DNA of 64,000 nt, taken from the NCBI GenBank assembly GCA_963716255.1, contig OY970303.1, forward strand, positions 352,001 to 416,000, read 5' to 3'. A model generated the notes under the pieces. It made no database searches and had not been told where the DNA came from. It saw nothing but the letters and a program-made list of their open reading frames with translations. Below, piece by piece: positions 35,278 through 53,165 of this stretch. A program made the position numbers and the translations under genes. The stretch is from an uncultured Gemmatimonadales bacterium (GTDB lineage: Bacteria; Gemmatimonadota; Gemmatimonadetes; Longimicrobiales; Longimicrobiaceae). Position 1 is the stretch's first letter. Every line of letters starts with the position of its first letter.

Positions 35278-38200
35278 CGGGGCTCCGCGTCGCGGTCGCG
35301 CTCCAGCGCCGCCATCTCCGCCGCGAGCCGGCCGCCGGCCTCGTCGTCCGACATCCCCTCGATCTCCGCCAGGAGCGCGGCGAGCGCTTCGTCCTGCCGC
35401 CGGTCGATCTCGGCGGCCAGGCGCTCCACGGTGGGGTGGTCGAAGATGGCGTGCACCGGCAGCTCCACCTCCAGCGCCTGGCGGATGCGCGAGACCGCCT
35501 GCATCGCCAGCAGCGAGTGGCCGCCCAGGTCGAAGAAGTCGTCCAGCGCGCCCACCGGCTCCACCCCCAGCACCGCGGCCCACGCGGCGGCCACCCGCGC
35601 CTCCGTTTCCGTGCGCGGCTCCACGTGCGCGCGGACCGCCTCCCCGGCTTCCGGCGCGGGGAGGGCGCCACGGTCCGTCTTGCCGTTGGGGGTGCGGGGG
35701 ATGGCGTCCAGCGCCACCCAGGCGGACGGCACCAGCGGCTCCGGCAGGCGCTCGCGGAGGAAGTCCCGCAACCCCGCGGCGTCCATCGCCTCGCCGTCGC
35801 GGAGCACCACGTACGCGACCAGGCGGGCGCCGCCGCGCTCCTCCCGCGCCGCCACCGCCGCCTCCCGCACCGCCGGGTGGCCCAGGAGCGCGTCCTCCAC
35901 CTCGCCGGGCTCCACGCGGAAGCCGCGCACCTTGACCTGCTGGTCCGTGCGGCCCAGGAACTCCAGCGCGCCGTCCGCGAGCCGGCGCGCCAGGTCTCCC
36001 GTGCGGTACATCCGCCCGCCCGGCCGCTCCGCGAACGGGTCGGGGACGAAGCGCCCGGCGGTGAGCCCCGGGCGCGCCAGGTAGCCGCGCGCCACCCCGC
36101 CCCCGCCCACGTGCACCTCGCCGGGGACGCCCACGGGCGCGGGCCGGCCCGTGCGGTCCAGCACGTACACCCGCGCGCCGGGCACCGGCGTGCCGATGGG
36201 GACGCGCGCCGCGCCCTCGTCCGGGCGGCACTCGTGCACCGTGCACCAGACGGTGCCCTCCGTGGGCCCATACTCGTTGTACAGGGCGGTCCCGGGGAGA
36301 AGGCGCGCGTGCCGCTCCACCAGCTCGCGCGGGCACGCCTCCCCCGCCACGACCGCCGCGGCGGGCGACCACCCCGGCCGGAGCTCCACCTCGTCCAGCA
36401 CCGCCGCGTACAGCGAGGGCACGCACAGCAGGTGCGACACCCCCTCCCGCGCCCCCAGCTCCACCAGGCGCGCGGGATCGCGCCCCGCGTCGCCCAACGG
36501 CACGTGCAGCGCGCCCCCGGAGCAGAGCGTCCAGAAGATCCCCGCCACGGAGCTGTCGAACGAGGTGGACGACAGCAGCAGGAAGCCGCGCACCGGCTCC
36601 GGGTAGCGCGCGAACCGCGCCGCCGTGGAGCGCGCCAGCCCGCGGTGGGTGACCTGCACGCCCTTGGGCCTGCCTGTGGAGCCCGAGGTGTAGATGACGT
36701 ACGCCAGGCTTTCGGGGTCGACGGGAACGGTGCTGGCGTCCGCCGGGGGGCCCCCACCCGGCTCGCTCAGGCTCGCCACCCTCCCCCAATTCTGGGGGAG
36801 GGCTTCCTGACCCTCACCGTTCGTCGTGTCGTTCTCCCCCTCCCCCCTTGCGGGGGAGGGGGCCGGGGGGAGGGGGGTCCCGTCAAGCGTGACGATCTCG
36901 CCCCCGAAGTCCGGCACCGCGGCGCGCAGGTCGTCGCGCGCCAGCAGCACCCGCGCGGCGGAGTCCTCCAGGAGGTAGGCGATGCGCTCGCGGGGATACG
37001 CCGGGTCCACGGGGACGTAGGCGCCGCCGGCGCGCAGCACGGCCAGGATCCCCACGATCGCCTCCGGCGACGCCCCGGCGAACACGGCGACGCGCGTCTC
37101 CGGGCCCACGCCCAGGCCGCGGAGGACCGCGGCGAGCGCTTCCGAGCGGGCGTCCAGCTCGCCGTAGGTGAGGCGGGCGGCGCCGTGCGACACGGCCACG
37201 GCGGCGGGGGTGCGCCGGGCCAGCTCCACGATGCGCAGGTGCACCGGCCGCCCGGCGTCCTCCGGCAGCGGCGCGCCCACGCTGGAATCCGGCAGGGGCC
37301 CGGGCTCGCCCACCTCGCCCACCCGGCCGCCGGGGGTGCGCGCCATCCCCGCCAGCAGCGCCGCCAGGTCGCCGAGCAGGCGCTCCACCGCGTCGCCGTC
37401 GAAGCGCGCCGTGTCGAAGAGCGCGCGGAACTCCAGCGTGTCCCCCGGCGCCACCAGCAGGGCGAAGGGGTAGCTGGAGCGCTCGGCAACGCGCGAGCCC
37501 AGCAGCGCGAGCCCGGCGCCCTCCACCGTGGCCGCGGAGGCCGGGTAGTTCTCGAAGACCAGGATGTGCTCGAAGAGCGGCGTCCCGCGCGGCACCTCGC
37601 TCCAGCGCTGCACCTCGACCAGCGGCGTGTGCTCCACCGCGCGCATCTCCGCCTGCCGCTCCTGCAGCTCCTCCAGCCAGGCCAGCAGCGGCGCCTGGAC
37701 GGGGACTCGCACGCGCACGGGGAGCGTGTTGATGAACAGTCCCACGCGCGACTCCATCCCCGGGAGCCCCGCCCCGCGCCCCGACATCGTCGCGCCGAAG
37801 ACCACGTCCTCCTCCCCCGAGTATCGCGACAGGAGCAACGCCCAAGCTCCCTGCACCAGCGTGCTCAGCGTCAGGCGGTGCCTGCGCGCCAGCGAGCGGA
37901 GCGCGTCCGTCGCGTCCGCGGGGAGGACGAGCTCGCACAGGTCCTGCGGCCCGCGCTCCGCGCCCGCGTCGCGCTCGATCCCCAGCCGCGTGGGGGCGCC
38001 GATTCCGCGCAGCTCCTCGCGCCAGAACGCTTCCTCCGCCGCCGCGTCGCGCCCGGCCAGCCACGCCACGTACTCGGCGAAGGGGCGCGCCGGCGGTAGG
38101 TCGGGCTCGCGCCCGGCGAGGAGCGCCGCGTACGCCGCGAACACCTCGCCCATCACCAGCGGCACGGACCAGCCGTCCAGGAGGACGTGGTGGTGGCTCC

Positions 38201-41200
38201 ACACCAGGCGCCACGCCTCGTCGCCGGTGCGCACCAGCGACACCCGCATCACGGGGGCGGACGACAGGTCCAGCCCGCGCGCCCGGTCCGCGGCGAGGAA
38301 TTCGTCCAGCCCGCGGGGGTGTCCGGCGGCGGGGGCGGAGCGCCAGTCGTGCTCCTCGAACGGGACCTCCACGTCGCGCAGTACCACCTGCACGTCCTCG
38401 CCGGTGGGTCGCCGGACGAAGGCGGTGCGCAGCACCGGGTGCCGCGCGGCGACCGCCTGCCACGCGCGCCGCAGCGCCTGCGCGTCCAGCGGGCCGGCGA
38501 GCTGGAAGGTGAACTGCCCCAGGTAGGTGGCAGGGTCCGCCGACTCCAGCGAGTGGAAGAGGATCCCGTGCTGGAGCGGCGACAGCGGGTACGCGTCCTC
38601 CACCCGGCCGCCCGCGGAATCGACGAGCCGGTCCAGCTCGGCCTGCTCGATGCGGAGGAGGGGGAAGTCGGACGGGGTGGCGCCCCCCGCGCCGGGCGCC
38701 GTGCAGTGGGCGACCAGCTCCCGCAGCGCGTCCAGCCAGGCCCCGGCCAGCCGCTCCACGGTCGCCGCCCGGTGCACGGCCTCGGAGTACGTCCACGCCG
38801 CCTGGAGCCGTCCCCCGGCGATGCCGGCGTTCACCTCCAGCAGGTAGCGGCGGGGAGCGGACGCCGCCCGCGCCGCGCCCGTGGGCTCCGCGGCCGGACG
38901 GAAGAGTGCGTCGGCCGCCCCGTCGCCGTCGAAGCGCCCCAGGTAGTTGAACTGCACCTCCGGCGCGGGGAGCGCCGCCAGGCGCTCGCGGACCTCCGGC
39001 GCGCCCAGCCAGCGCAGCACCCCGAACCCCACGCCCTTCCTGGGCACCGCGCGCAGCGTCTCCTTGGTGGCCTTCAGCAGCTCCGCAGGGCCGCCCGCGG
39101 CGTCCAGCAGCACCGGGAAGACCGAGGTGAACCACCCCACGGTGCGCGACGGGTCCAGGTCCCGGAACAGCGGCTCGTGCCCGTGCCCTTCCAGGTCCAG
39201 GAGGAGCGAGCGCTCCCCCGTCCACCCCGCGAAGGCGCGCGCCGCCGCGGCCAGGAGCACGTCGGCCACCCCGGTCCGGTACGCGGCCGGCACGTCGCGC
39301 AGCAGCGCCGCCGTCTCCGCCTCCGGCAGGTACACGGTGACCGTGCGCGCCCGCCCCTCGGTGTTCTCGCCCCCGGGAAGGTCGGCCGGGAGCGCGGGCG
39401 CGGGCTCGCCGCCCAGCGACAGCCAACCCGGGAGCTCCGCTTCCGCGGCGGGGGAGGACGCGTGCTCCGCCAGTCGCCGCGCCCAGGCCAGGAAGGACGA
39501 AGTCTTCGGCGGGAGGGCTTCCCCGGCGCAGGCGCGCTCCAGGTCCTCCGCCAGGATGCGCCACGAGACGCCGTCCACGGCGAGGTGGTGGACGACGAGG
39601 AGGAGGCGCCCGGGCCGGTCCGACCCCGCGTCGAAGTACACCGCGCGCAGCAGCGGCCCCGCCGCGAGGTCCAGGCTCGCCTGCGCCTCCGCCGAGATCC
39701 GCTCGATCTCCGCCGCCCGCTCCCCGTCCGTGCCGCCCGCCAGCTCCACCCGCCGGAAGGGCACCGCGCCGTCCCACGGGGCGATCTCCTGCCGCCACCC
39801 GCCGCCGTCCCGCACGAAGCGCAGCCGGAGCGCGTCGTGGTGGCGCAGCAGCGCGCCGACCGCCCGCTCCAGCACGTCCGTGCCGACCGGGCGCGCCACT
39901 TCCAGCAGCAGCGCCTGGTTCCAGTGGTGCGGCTCGGGGAGCGGCAGATCGAGGAACCAGCGCTGCACCGGCGTCAGCGGCGCGGCGCCCGTCACCTCGC
40001 CCTGCTCCGCCCGGACCGCCGCGGCCGTGTCGGCCACCGAGGCGAGGCCGGCGAGCGTCTGGTGCTGGAAGACCTGCCACGGCGCGATGCGCACCCCGGC
40101 CGCCGCCGCGCGCGACACCATCTGGATGGACAGGATGCTGTCGCCGCCCAGCTCGAAGAAGTTGTCGTGCGCGCCCACGCGCTCCACCCGCAGCAGCTCC
40201 CGCCAGATGCGCGCGAGCCCCGCCTCCGCCTCCGTCCGCGGCGCCACGTGCTCCGCGCCCCCCGCCGCACCCGCCTCCGGGGCCGGCAGCGCCCGCCGGT
40301 CCAGCTTGCCGCTCGGACCCAGCGGAAGCTCCCCCAGCACCACCAGCGCCGACGGCACCATGTACTCCGGCACCCACCCCGCCAGGTGCGCGCGCAGCGC
40401 CTCCGCGTCCACCTCCGCACCCCGCGCCGCCACCACGTAGCCCACCAGCCGCGCCCGCCCCCCGTCGCTCCGCACCACCACCGCCGCGTCCCCCACCGAC
40501 GCGTGCCGCCGCAGCGCCGCCTCCACCTCCCCAGGCTCGATCCGGAAGCCCCGCACCTTGACCTGCGCGTCCAGCCGCCCCAGGTACTCCACCTCCCCCG
40601 TCGCCAGCCAGCGCGCCCGGTCCCCCGTGCGGTACATGCGCGCGCCCGCCTCCGCCGCGAGCGGGTCGGGGACGAACCGCTCCGCCGTAAGCTCCGGCCG
40701 CCCGTGGTAGCCGCGCCCCACCTGCACCCCGCCAATGTACAGCTCGCCGGGGATCCCCACCGGCGTCTCCCCCAGCCGCCCGTCCAGCACGTGGATGCGC
40801 GTGTTCGACACCGGCCGCCCGATCGGCACCGTCGGCTCGCCGGGCACGCACGCGTGCCAGGTCACGTCCACCGCCGCTTCCGTCGGACCGTACAGGTTGT
40901 GCAGCTCCGCGTGGGGCATCCGCTCGAAGAAGCGGTCCCGCACCTCCGCCCCCAGCGCTTCGCCGCTGCACACCACCCGCCGCACGCTCCCGCAGCGCGC
41001 CGGCTCTCCCGCGTCCAGGAACGCCTGGAGCATCGACGGCACGAAGTGCAGCGTGGTGACCCCCTCCCGCTCGATCAGCTCCGACAGGTAGTGCGGATCC
41101 CGGTGCCCGTCCGGCTTCGCGAGCACCAGGCGCGCCCCCGCCAGCAGCGGCCAGAAGAGCTCCCACACCGACACGTCGAAGCTGAACGGCGTCTTCTGGA

Positions 41201-44200
41201 GCACCACGTCGTCCGCCGTGAGCCCGAAATGCCGCTGCATCCACAGCAGCCGGTTGACGACGCCGCGGTGCGCGTTCATCGCCCCCTTCGGCTGCCCCGT
41301 GGAGCCGGACGTGTAGATGACGTAGGCGAGGTTGTCGGAGTCGACCCGACCCCCCTCCCCCCTTGCGGGGGAGGGAGCCGGGGGAGGGGGGTATCCACCA
41401 CGACCACCTCGCCCCCGAACTCCGGGATCGTCCCGACCAGCCGCCCCTGCGTCAGCAGCACCGGCACCGCCGCGTCCGCCACCATGTACGCCAGGCGATC
41501 CGCCGGGTAGCCGGGATCCAGCGGCACGTACGCCCCGCCCGCCCGGAGCACGCCCAGCAGCGCCACCACCAGCTCCGCCGAGCGCTCCATGCACACGCCC
41601 ACCCGCGTCTCCGGGCCCACGCCCATCCCCAGGAGCGCCGCGGCGAGCGACGCCGACCGCGCGTCCAGCTCGGCGTAGGTCAGTGTGGCGCCCTCGAAGG
41701 CGACGGCAACGGCGTCCGGCGTGCGGCTGGCCTGCGCCTCGATCAGCGAGTGGAGCGTCGACGCCGCGCCGTCGAAGGCCTCGGCGGTGTCGTTCCACGC
41801 GGCGAGCCGGGAGCGCTCCGCGTCCGTCAGGAGCGGGAGGTCCGCGACCGGCGCGTCCGGGGCGGCGAGGGCGGCGTCCAGCAGCAGGCCGAAGTGCTCC
41901 GCCATCCGCGCCACCGTGTCCGCGTCGAACAGGTCGGTGGCGTACTCGATGGAGGCGCGCAGCCCGTCGTCCTCCGCGGCCACCTCCAGCGTCAGGTCGA
42001 ACTTGGAGGTGGCGCGCCCGGCGCCCTCCTGCGCGGCGACCGCCACGCCCGGGAGCCGCGGCGCCGCCGTGGGCGCGTTCTGCATCACGAACGCCACCTG
42101 GAACACCGGCGTCCGGCTGCGGTCGCGCTCCGGGTGAAGCTCGTCCACCAGCCGCTCGAAGGGGAGGTCCTGGTGCGCCCATGCGTCCAGCGCCGCCTCG
42201 CGGACGCGCGCGAGCAGGTCGGCGAAGCCGTCCTCCGGCGCGACGTCGGCGCGCAGGGCGAGCATGTTGACGAAGAAGCCGATCAGCCCCTCCGTTTCCT
42301 CGCGCTGCCGGCTGGCGACCGGCGTCCCCACCACGGTCGTGTCCTGGCCGGACCAGCGGGCGAGCAGGAGCTGCCAGGCGGCGAGCAGCACCATGAACGG
42401 CGTCGCGCCGCGCTCCCGGGCCACGGCGTCCACCCGCTCCGCCACGGCCGCTGGGAGGGCGAAGGCGTGCAGCGCGCCGCGGCCGCTCCACACCGGCGGG
42501 CGGGGGCGGTCGACCGGGAGGTCGATGGCGCGCGGCGCGTCCGCCAGCCGCTCGCGCCAGAAGGCGAGCTGCCGCTCCAGCGCGTCGCCGCGCAGCCAGC
42601 CGCGCTGCCACGCCGCGAAGTCCGCGTACTGCACGGGGAGATCGGGGAGCGCGGCGTCCTCGCCGCGGAGGCGCGCCGCGTACAGCTCCGACATCTCGCG
42701 CACCAGCACGCCCACCGACCACTCGTCGGACACGGCGTGGTGCATGGTGACGGAAAGCACGTGCTCGTCGGCCCCAAGGCGCAGCAGGAGCGCGCGGAAG
42801 AGCGGCCCGCGCTCCAGGTCGAAGCCGCGCGCGGCCTCCGCGCCCACCCTCCGCCGCGCCTCCGCCTCGCGCTCCGCCTCCGGGAGCGCGGACAGGTCCT
42901 CCACCGGGAGCGCCCACCCGCCCGCGGCGGCGACGACCTGCGCGGCGACGCCGTTCGCGGTGCGGAAGGTGGTGCGCAGCGACTCGTGCCTGCGCACGAC
43001 CTCGCCCAGGCCCCACTCCAGCGCCGCGGCGTCCAGCGCCCCGGACAGGCGGAGCGCGCCCGCCATGACGTACGCGGCGCCGCCCGGCTCCAGCTGCTCC
43101 AGGAACCACAGCCGCTCCTGCGCGAAGGAGAGCGGGAGCACCCCGTCGCGCGCCGCGCGACGGAGCGGCGGCGGCGCCTCCGCGTCGCCCGAGCGAGTGC
43201 GGCGCACCCGCTCCGCGAAGGCGTCCAGCCGCGGCGCGTCGAACACCGCCCGCAGCGGCACCTCCACCCCCAGCGCCGCGCGCAGGCGCGAGACCACCTG
43301 CATGGCCAGCAGCGAGTGGCCGCCCAGCTCGAAGAAGCCGTCGCGGGCGCCCACGCGCTCCACGCCGAGCACCGCGCCCCAGGCGCGGGCGACGATCTCC
43401 TCCTCCGGCGTCCGCGGCGCCACGTAGGCGTCCCGCGCGCCGGCGTGGGACACCTCCAGCGCCGCCAGCGCGCGCCGGTCCGTCTTGCCGTTGGGCGTGC
43501 GCGGGAACGCGTCGAGAGCGACGAAGGCGGAGGGCACCATGTGCTCCGGCAGCCGCTCGCGCAGGAAGTCGCGCACCCCCCCGGGAACGCCGCCGGCCAG
43601 GTACGCCACCAGCCGCGCGTGCCCGGACGCGTCCTCCCGCGCCACCACCGCCGCCTCGCCCACCTCCGGGTGCAGCGCCAGCGCCGCCTCGATCTCGCCC
43701 AGCTCCACGCGGAAGCCGCGCACCTTGACCTGGTGGTCGGTGCGGCCCAGGTACTCCAGCGCGCCGTCCGGCCGGCGCCGCGCCAGGTCGCCCGTGCGGT
43801 AGGCGTGCGCGCCGCGGCACGCCTCCGGTGCGAACGGGTCGGGGACGAAGCGCTCCGCCGTCAATTCCGGCCGCGACAGATAGCCGCGCGCCACCCCTTC
43901 GCCGCCCAGGTACAGCTCGCCCGCGATCCCCGCCGGCACCGGCTCCAGGGCGCGGTCCAGCAGGTACGCGCGCGTGTTCGCGATCGGCCGCCCGATCGCG
44001 ACCGGCCCCTCGCCCGCCTCCACCCGCAGGATCGTCGACCAGATGGTCGTCTCGGTGGGCCCGTACAGGTTCCACAGCTCGCCGCAGAGCGGGAGCAGCC
44101 GGTCGGCCAGCTCCCGCGGCAGCGCCTCGCCGCCGCAGAGCGCCTTCAGCCCCGGCGAGCCCGTCCACCCGGCCTCCAGCAGCATCCGCCACGTCGCCGG

Positions 44201-46309
44201 CGTCGCCTGCATCGCCGTCGCGCCCGTCGCCGCAAGCGCGTCGCGCAGCAGGGCGCCGTCCCCGGCCGTCTCGCGGTCCGCGAGCGCCACCCGCGCGCCC
44301 GTGGTCAGCGGCAGGAACAGCTCCAGCCCGGCGATGTCGAACGACAGCGTGGTCACCGCCAGCAGCGTGTCGACCGCCGCCAGCCCCGGCCGCGCGCGCA
44401 TGGAATCCAGGAAGTTGACCGCGGCCCGGTGCGGCACCACCACGCCCTTGGGCCGCCCCGTCGATCCCGAGGTGTAGATGACGTATGCGGCGTTCTCCGC
44501 CGTCGCGGGGCAGACGAAGTCCGCGTCGTCGTCCGGGAGGGGGGCCTCCCCGTCCACCAGCACCACAGCCGCCCCGCCCGTGGGCAGCTGCGCCGCGAGG
44601 GCGGCTTCGGTCACCACCGCCACGACGCCCGCGTCTTCCAGCACGTACGCCACGCGCTCCGCGGGATACGCCGGGTCCACCGGGACGTACGCGCCCCCCG
44701 CCTTCAGCACCCCCAGCAGCGCGGCGACCATATCCGGCCCGCGCTCCAGGCACACCGCCACCCGCGACTCCGGCCCCACGCCGAGCGCAGACAGCCGCCG
44801 CGCCAGCAGGGCGGCGCGGCGGTCCAGCGCGGCGTAGGTCAGCGCCTCGCCGCGGAAGACGAGCGCGGCCGCGTCCGGCGAGCGCGCCGCGGCCGCCTCG
44901 AAGCGGTCGTGGATCCGTTCGCCGCGCGGGAACTCCGCGGCGGTGTCGTTCCACGCCTCCAGCTCGCGGGCGCGCTCGGCCGCGTCCAGGATAGGCAGGT
45001 CGCCGAGGCGCGCCTCCGGGTCGCGGGCGATGGCCTCCAGCAGCGTGCGCAGGTGGCCCAGAAGGGCGCGCACGGCGGCGCCATCCAGGCGGTCGGCCTC
45101 GTACATGGCGCGCAGCACCAGCCCCTCCGCGGGGGCCACCACCAGCGTCAGCGGGTAGTTGGTGCGCTCGAAGGCGCGGAAGCCCGCGATCTCCACCCCG
45201 CCGCGCGGCTCCGCGGCGGAGGCGTCCACGGGAAAGTTCTCGAAGATCAGCAGGCTGTCGAAGAGCGGTTCGCCCGCGGGCAGCCCGCTCCAGGCGCGCA
45301 CGTCCACCAGCGGCGCGTGCTCGTGCTCGCGCGTCTCCGCCTGGCGGGCCTGGAGATCCTGGAGCCAGGGCGCGAGCGGGGCGTCCGCGGGGACCCGGAC
45401 GCGCACGGGCACCGCGTTGATGAACAGACCCACCATGCGGTCCACGCCGGGGAGCTCCGGCGGGCGCCCCGACACCGTCGCGCCGAAGACCACGTCGTCC
45501 GCCCCCGAGTAGCGCGACAGGAGCAGCGCCCAGGCGCCCTGCACGGTCGTGCTCAGCGTCACGTGGCGGTGCCGGGCCAGCTCGGCGAGCGCCGCCGTCG
45601 CCGCCGGGGACACGTCCAGCCGCTCCTCGCCGTACTCCCCCGCCCCGCCCGCGCGCGGCCCCCGGTCGATCCCCAGCGGCGTGGGCGCGCGGAAGCCGCG
45701 CAGCTCGGCGCGCCAGAAGGCCTCGGCCGCGGCCGGGTCGCGCCGCCCCAGCCAGGCCACGTACTCGCGGAAGGGGCGCGGCGCCGGGAGGGCGGCCGTC
45801 TCCCCCGCGCGGCCTGCCTCGTACAGGTCGAACACCTCGCCCAGCACCATCCCCACCGACCAGCCGTCCAGCAGCAGGTGGTGGTGGCTCCACACGAACT
45901 CCCACGCGTCGTCCGCCACGCGCAGCAGCGCGAGCCGCATCAGCGGGGCGCGCCCCAGCTCGAAGCCGCGCTCGCGGTCCTCGCGCAGGAACGCCTCCAG
46001 GCGGGCCGTCCGCTCCTCGTCCGCGAGCCCGCGCCAGTCCTCGCGGCGCCACGGGGCCCGGGCCGCGCGGGACACGATCTGGAGCGGCTTTTCGCGCTTC
46101 TCCCAGGCGAACGCCGTGCGCAGCACCGCGTGGCGCTCCACGACCCGCTGCCACGCCGCCTCCCACGCCGCCTCGTCCAGCGCGCCGCGCAGGGTGAACG
46201 CGAACTGCTCGAAGTAGGTTCCCGACGAGGGCGCGTACAGCGTGTGGAAGAGCATCCCCTGCTGGAGGGGGGAGAGCGGGTAGATCGCCTCGATCGCGCT
46301 GCGGTCCAT
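35274..46309 (-). CDS. NRPS gene 2, C-A-T/C-A-T-E/C-A-T (Gly, D-Ser, His), interrupted by a 1-nt frameshift near 41380-41384
   Basis: The 5' part is ORF 41276..46309 (MDRSAIEAIYPLSPLQQGMLFH...). The reading continues in the frame of ORF 35274..46166 from ...PPAPSPARGEGGRVDSDNLAYVIY. A codes DILQLGLIWK, DVWHVSLVDK, DSALVAEVWK. Confidence 0.9.
36745..36877. repeat. Coding REP/BoxC-like palindromic doublet in the His A domain of gene 2
   Basis: cccccacccggctcgctcaggctcgccaccctcccccaattctgggggagggcttcctg followed by the second hairpin unit. Confidence 0.9.
41350..41391. repeat. Single palindromic unit in the Ser A domain of gene 2 (contains the frameshift)
   Basis: cccccctccccccttgcgggggagggagccgggggagggggg; one nt shorter than the copy at 49102-49144. 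Confidence 0.88.
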
Positions 46310-46316
46310 CGTCTTT

Positions 46317-51023
<4,707 letters not shown>

Positions 51024-51418
51024 GGGGCTCGGCTCGCGGCGATTGAGGTCGGGACGGCGTGGAGAGCGGGCGCCCTCGCGAGCGCCCGCCGCGGGTCCTC
51101 GCACGGCCTGACGGATTCGGTACGGTGGCCGGCAGCGGCGGGCTCCGCGGCCGTCGCCGGCCATGCGGACGGAAGCCCTGTCACCCCGCCGAAAACCCGC
51201 GCATCCGCTGGATTCGAGGGCCGTCCCGGGGCCCTTCAATATCGCACTTCACCGAAGGGTGTCAAGCTGTACGCCGCCCTTCACGGGCGGTCTGGATGCA
51301 CTCCAAGTGTTTGTCCTGGAACAGTTTCGCCCGTGGGCAGCAGCTCGCGTCCGTTTCGGGGCCCTTTCGGGAAACCCGCACCGGAGGGCGGCACGGCGGC
51401 GCATCGCGGGCCCGGCCT

Positions 51419-52546
51419 CTACGGGTCCCCGACTGGGAGCGTGAAGTAGAAGCGGGTCCCCACCCCGACCCGGCTCTCCACCCAGCTCCGTCCTCCGTGC
51501 GCCTCCACGATTCCCCTGGAGATCGCCAGCCCGAGCCCCGCCCCTCCGCGGTGTGCCCGCCCGGCGTGCCAGAAGCGCGTGAAGACGTGCGGGATCTCGG
51601 CTTCCGGGATCCCGATTCCCGTGTCTTCCACCGACACCACGACCTCGCCGCCGTCCCGCACCGCCCGGACGACGACCAGGCCGTCCTCCGGCGTGAACTT
51701 GAGCGCGTTGCCCACCAGGTTCGACAGCGCCTGCACCAGGCGGTGCGGGTCTCCCTCGATGGGGGGCACGTCCGGGGCGGCCTTCCAGTGGAGCCGCTGG
51801 CGCTTCTGCACGGCCAGGCTCTCGAACTGGCTGCACACGGCCTCGAACACCGCGTCCAGCAGCAGCGGCTCCCGCTCCAGGGACAGGCGGCCCGCCTCCA
51901 CCTCGCTCACGGTCAGCAGGTCCTCGATCAGGCGCGACATGCGCAGGGCGGCGCGCCGGATCGCCTGGACCTGCACCGCCTTCCGGTCGTCCGGGATGGG
52001 CAGGTCCAGGACCTCCGAGGCCATCAGGATCATCTGGAGCGGGTTGCGCAGGTCGTGCGAGACGAAGGCCAGCACCTCGTCCCGGGCGGAGATGGCCACC
52101 GTCGCGTCGCCCAGGGCACCGGCGAGCCGCCTCTGCTCCCGCGCGACCTCCCTGTGCGCGTGCACCAGCTCCGCGTTCAGCGCAGAGATCTCCTCGTACA
52201 TCCGCCCGGCTCTCCGGCTCGGCGCGTGCTCCAGGAGCCAGAAGCGCCGGTCCGCGCCCGGATTCCCCCAGACCACCAGGAAGGTCCGCAGCTCCATCGA
52301 TCCGGGGGTGTGGAACACCAGCTCCCACGGCACGTCGGGATCGACGTTCCGCGTGCCGGAAAGGATCAGCCTCCACCGGTGCCGCGACGTGTCGTCGAGC
52401 ACCTGCGCGAGCGGGCACCCGGCGAGGTCGCGGCCGACCGCCGCGTCCAGGTGCCCGTTGGACCCGACGACCACGCCGTCGGCCGAGAGCTCCAGCACCG
52501 CACCGGGGAAGCGGTGAAGGCACTCGTGGAGGGAACTGGCGCCCAT
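51419..52546 (-). CDS. Sensor histidine kinase (PAS-like N-terminus, HisKA, HATPase), no adjacent response regulator
   Basis: H-box SHDLRNPL, N-box NLVGNALKF, G1 DTGIGIP, F-box, G2 GAGLGLAI. Confidence 0.93.
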   Translation of the reverse strand: MGASSLHECLHRFPGAVLELSADGVVVGSNGHLDAAVGRDLAGCPLAQVLDDTSRHRWRLILSGTRNVDPDVPWELVFHTPGSMELRTFLVVWGNPGADRRFWLLEHAPSRRAGRMYEEISALNAELVHAHREVAREQRRLAGALGDATVAISARDEVLAFVSHDLRNPLQMILMASEVLDLPIPDDRKAVQVQAIRRAALRMSRLIEDLLTVSEVEAGRLSLEREPLLLDAVFEAVCSQFESLAVQKRQRLHWKAAPDVPPIEGDPHRLVQALSNLVGNALKFTPEDGLVVVRAVRDGGEVVVSVEDTGIGIPEAEIPHVFTRFWHAGRAHRGGAGLGLAISRGIVEAHGGRSWVESRVGVGTRFYFTLPVGDP

Positions 52547-52744
52547 CCTGTGTGCTCCTGCGTGCGCGAAGCCTGCCGGGCTCGCTCCGGGGGCCCGGAG
52601 CGGGTGAATATGGCGGCGAAGCGTGGACGGGACGAGAGGAGCCCGGTCCGGGTCTGTCCGGACCGGGGCGCGCAGGTGCAGATTGTCGTCCGCCCGCCGC
52701 GTCGGCTCAGCGCGCCGCGCCGGTGCGGGCGAGATCCGCCCGGG

Positions 52745-52990
52745 TCACGGCTCCTGCACGCCTCCCGGACGGTGCGGCACGGTGTCGTTCGCGGCGGTCC
52801 CGTTCTGGTCGGGCCCCAGCGACTCCGTCACCTCCCCGGAAGCGGGCGTGGTGCCCGCCGCCTCGCCCTCCGCGCTGCTCTGCCCCACCGCGTCTCCGGG
52901 CGAGGACTTGGTGGAGTCGGAGGTCCCGCACGCGGCGGCGAGGAGGAAAAGCGCCGCCAGCGCGGCCGTCGAGGATCCGCGGATCGACAA
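52745..52990 (-). CDS. Small putative lipoprotein (about 81 aa)
   Basis: 3' part of ORF 52745..53182: (M)SIRGSSTAALAALFLLAAAC|GTSDST... signal peptide with lipobox and a polar low-complexity tail. Start is uncertain (TTG 52990 or GTG 52996). Confidence 0.6.
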   Translation of the reverse strand: MSIRGSSTAALAALFLLAAACGTSDSTKSSPGDAVGQSSAEGEAAGTTPASGEVTESLGPDQNGTAANDTVPHRPGGVQEP

Positions 52991-53165
52991 GAGCACCTGC
53001 CCGTTGGAGTGGTCGGGGCCGCGCACGCACCGGCGCGGCGCATGGCCGAGCGTACGGCATCCGCCGTACCACGCGCTCCGGCGGGCACTTTCGGGCGATC
53101 CCCGAAGGCGCAGCGGTGTACGAAAGTGGACACCGGGAACGGACGAGAAAACCAGCGGAGAAGCG

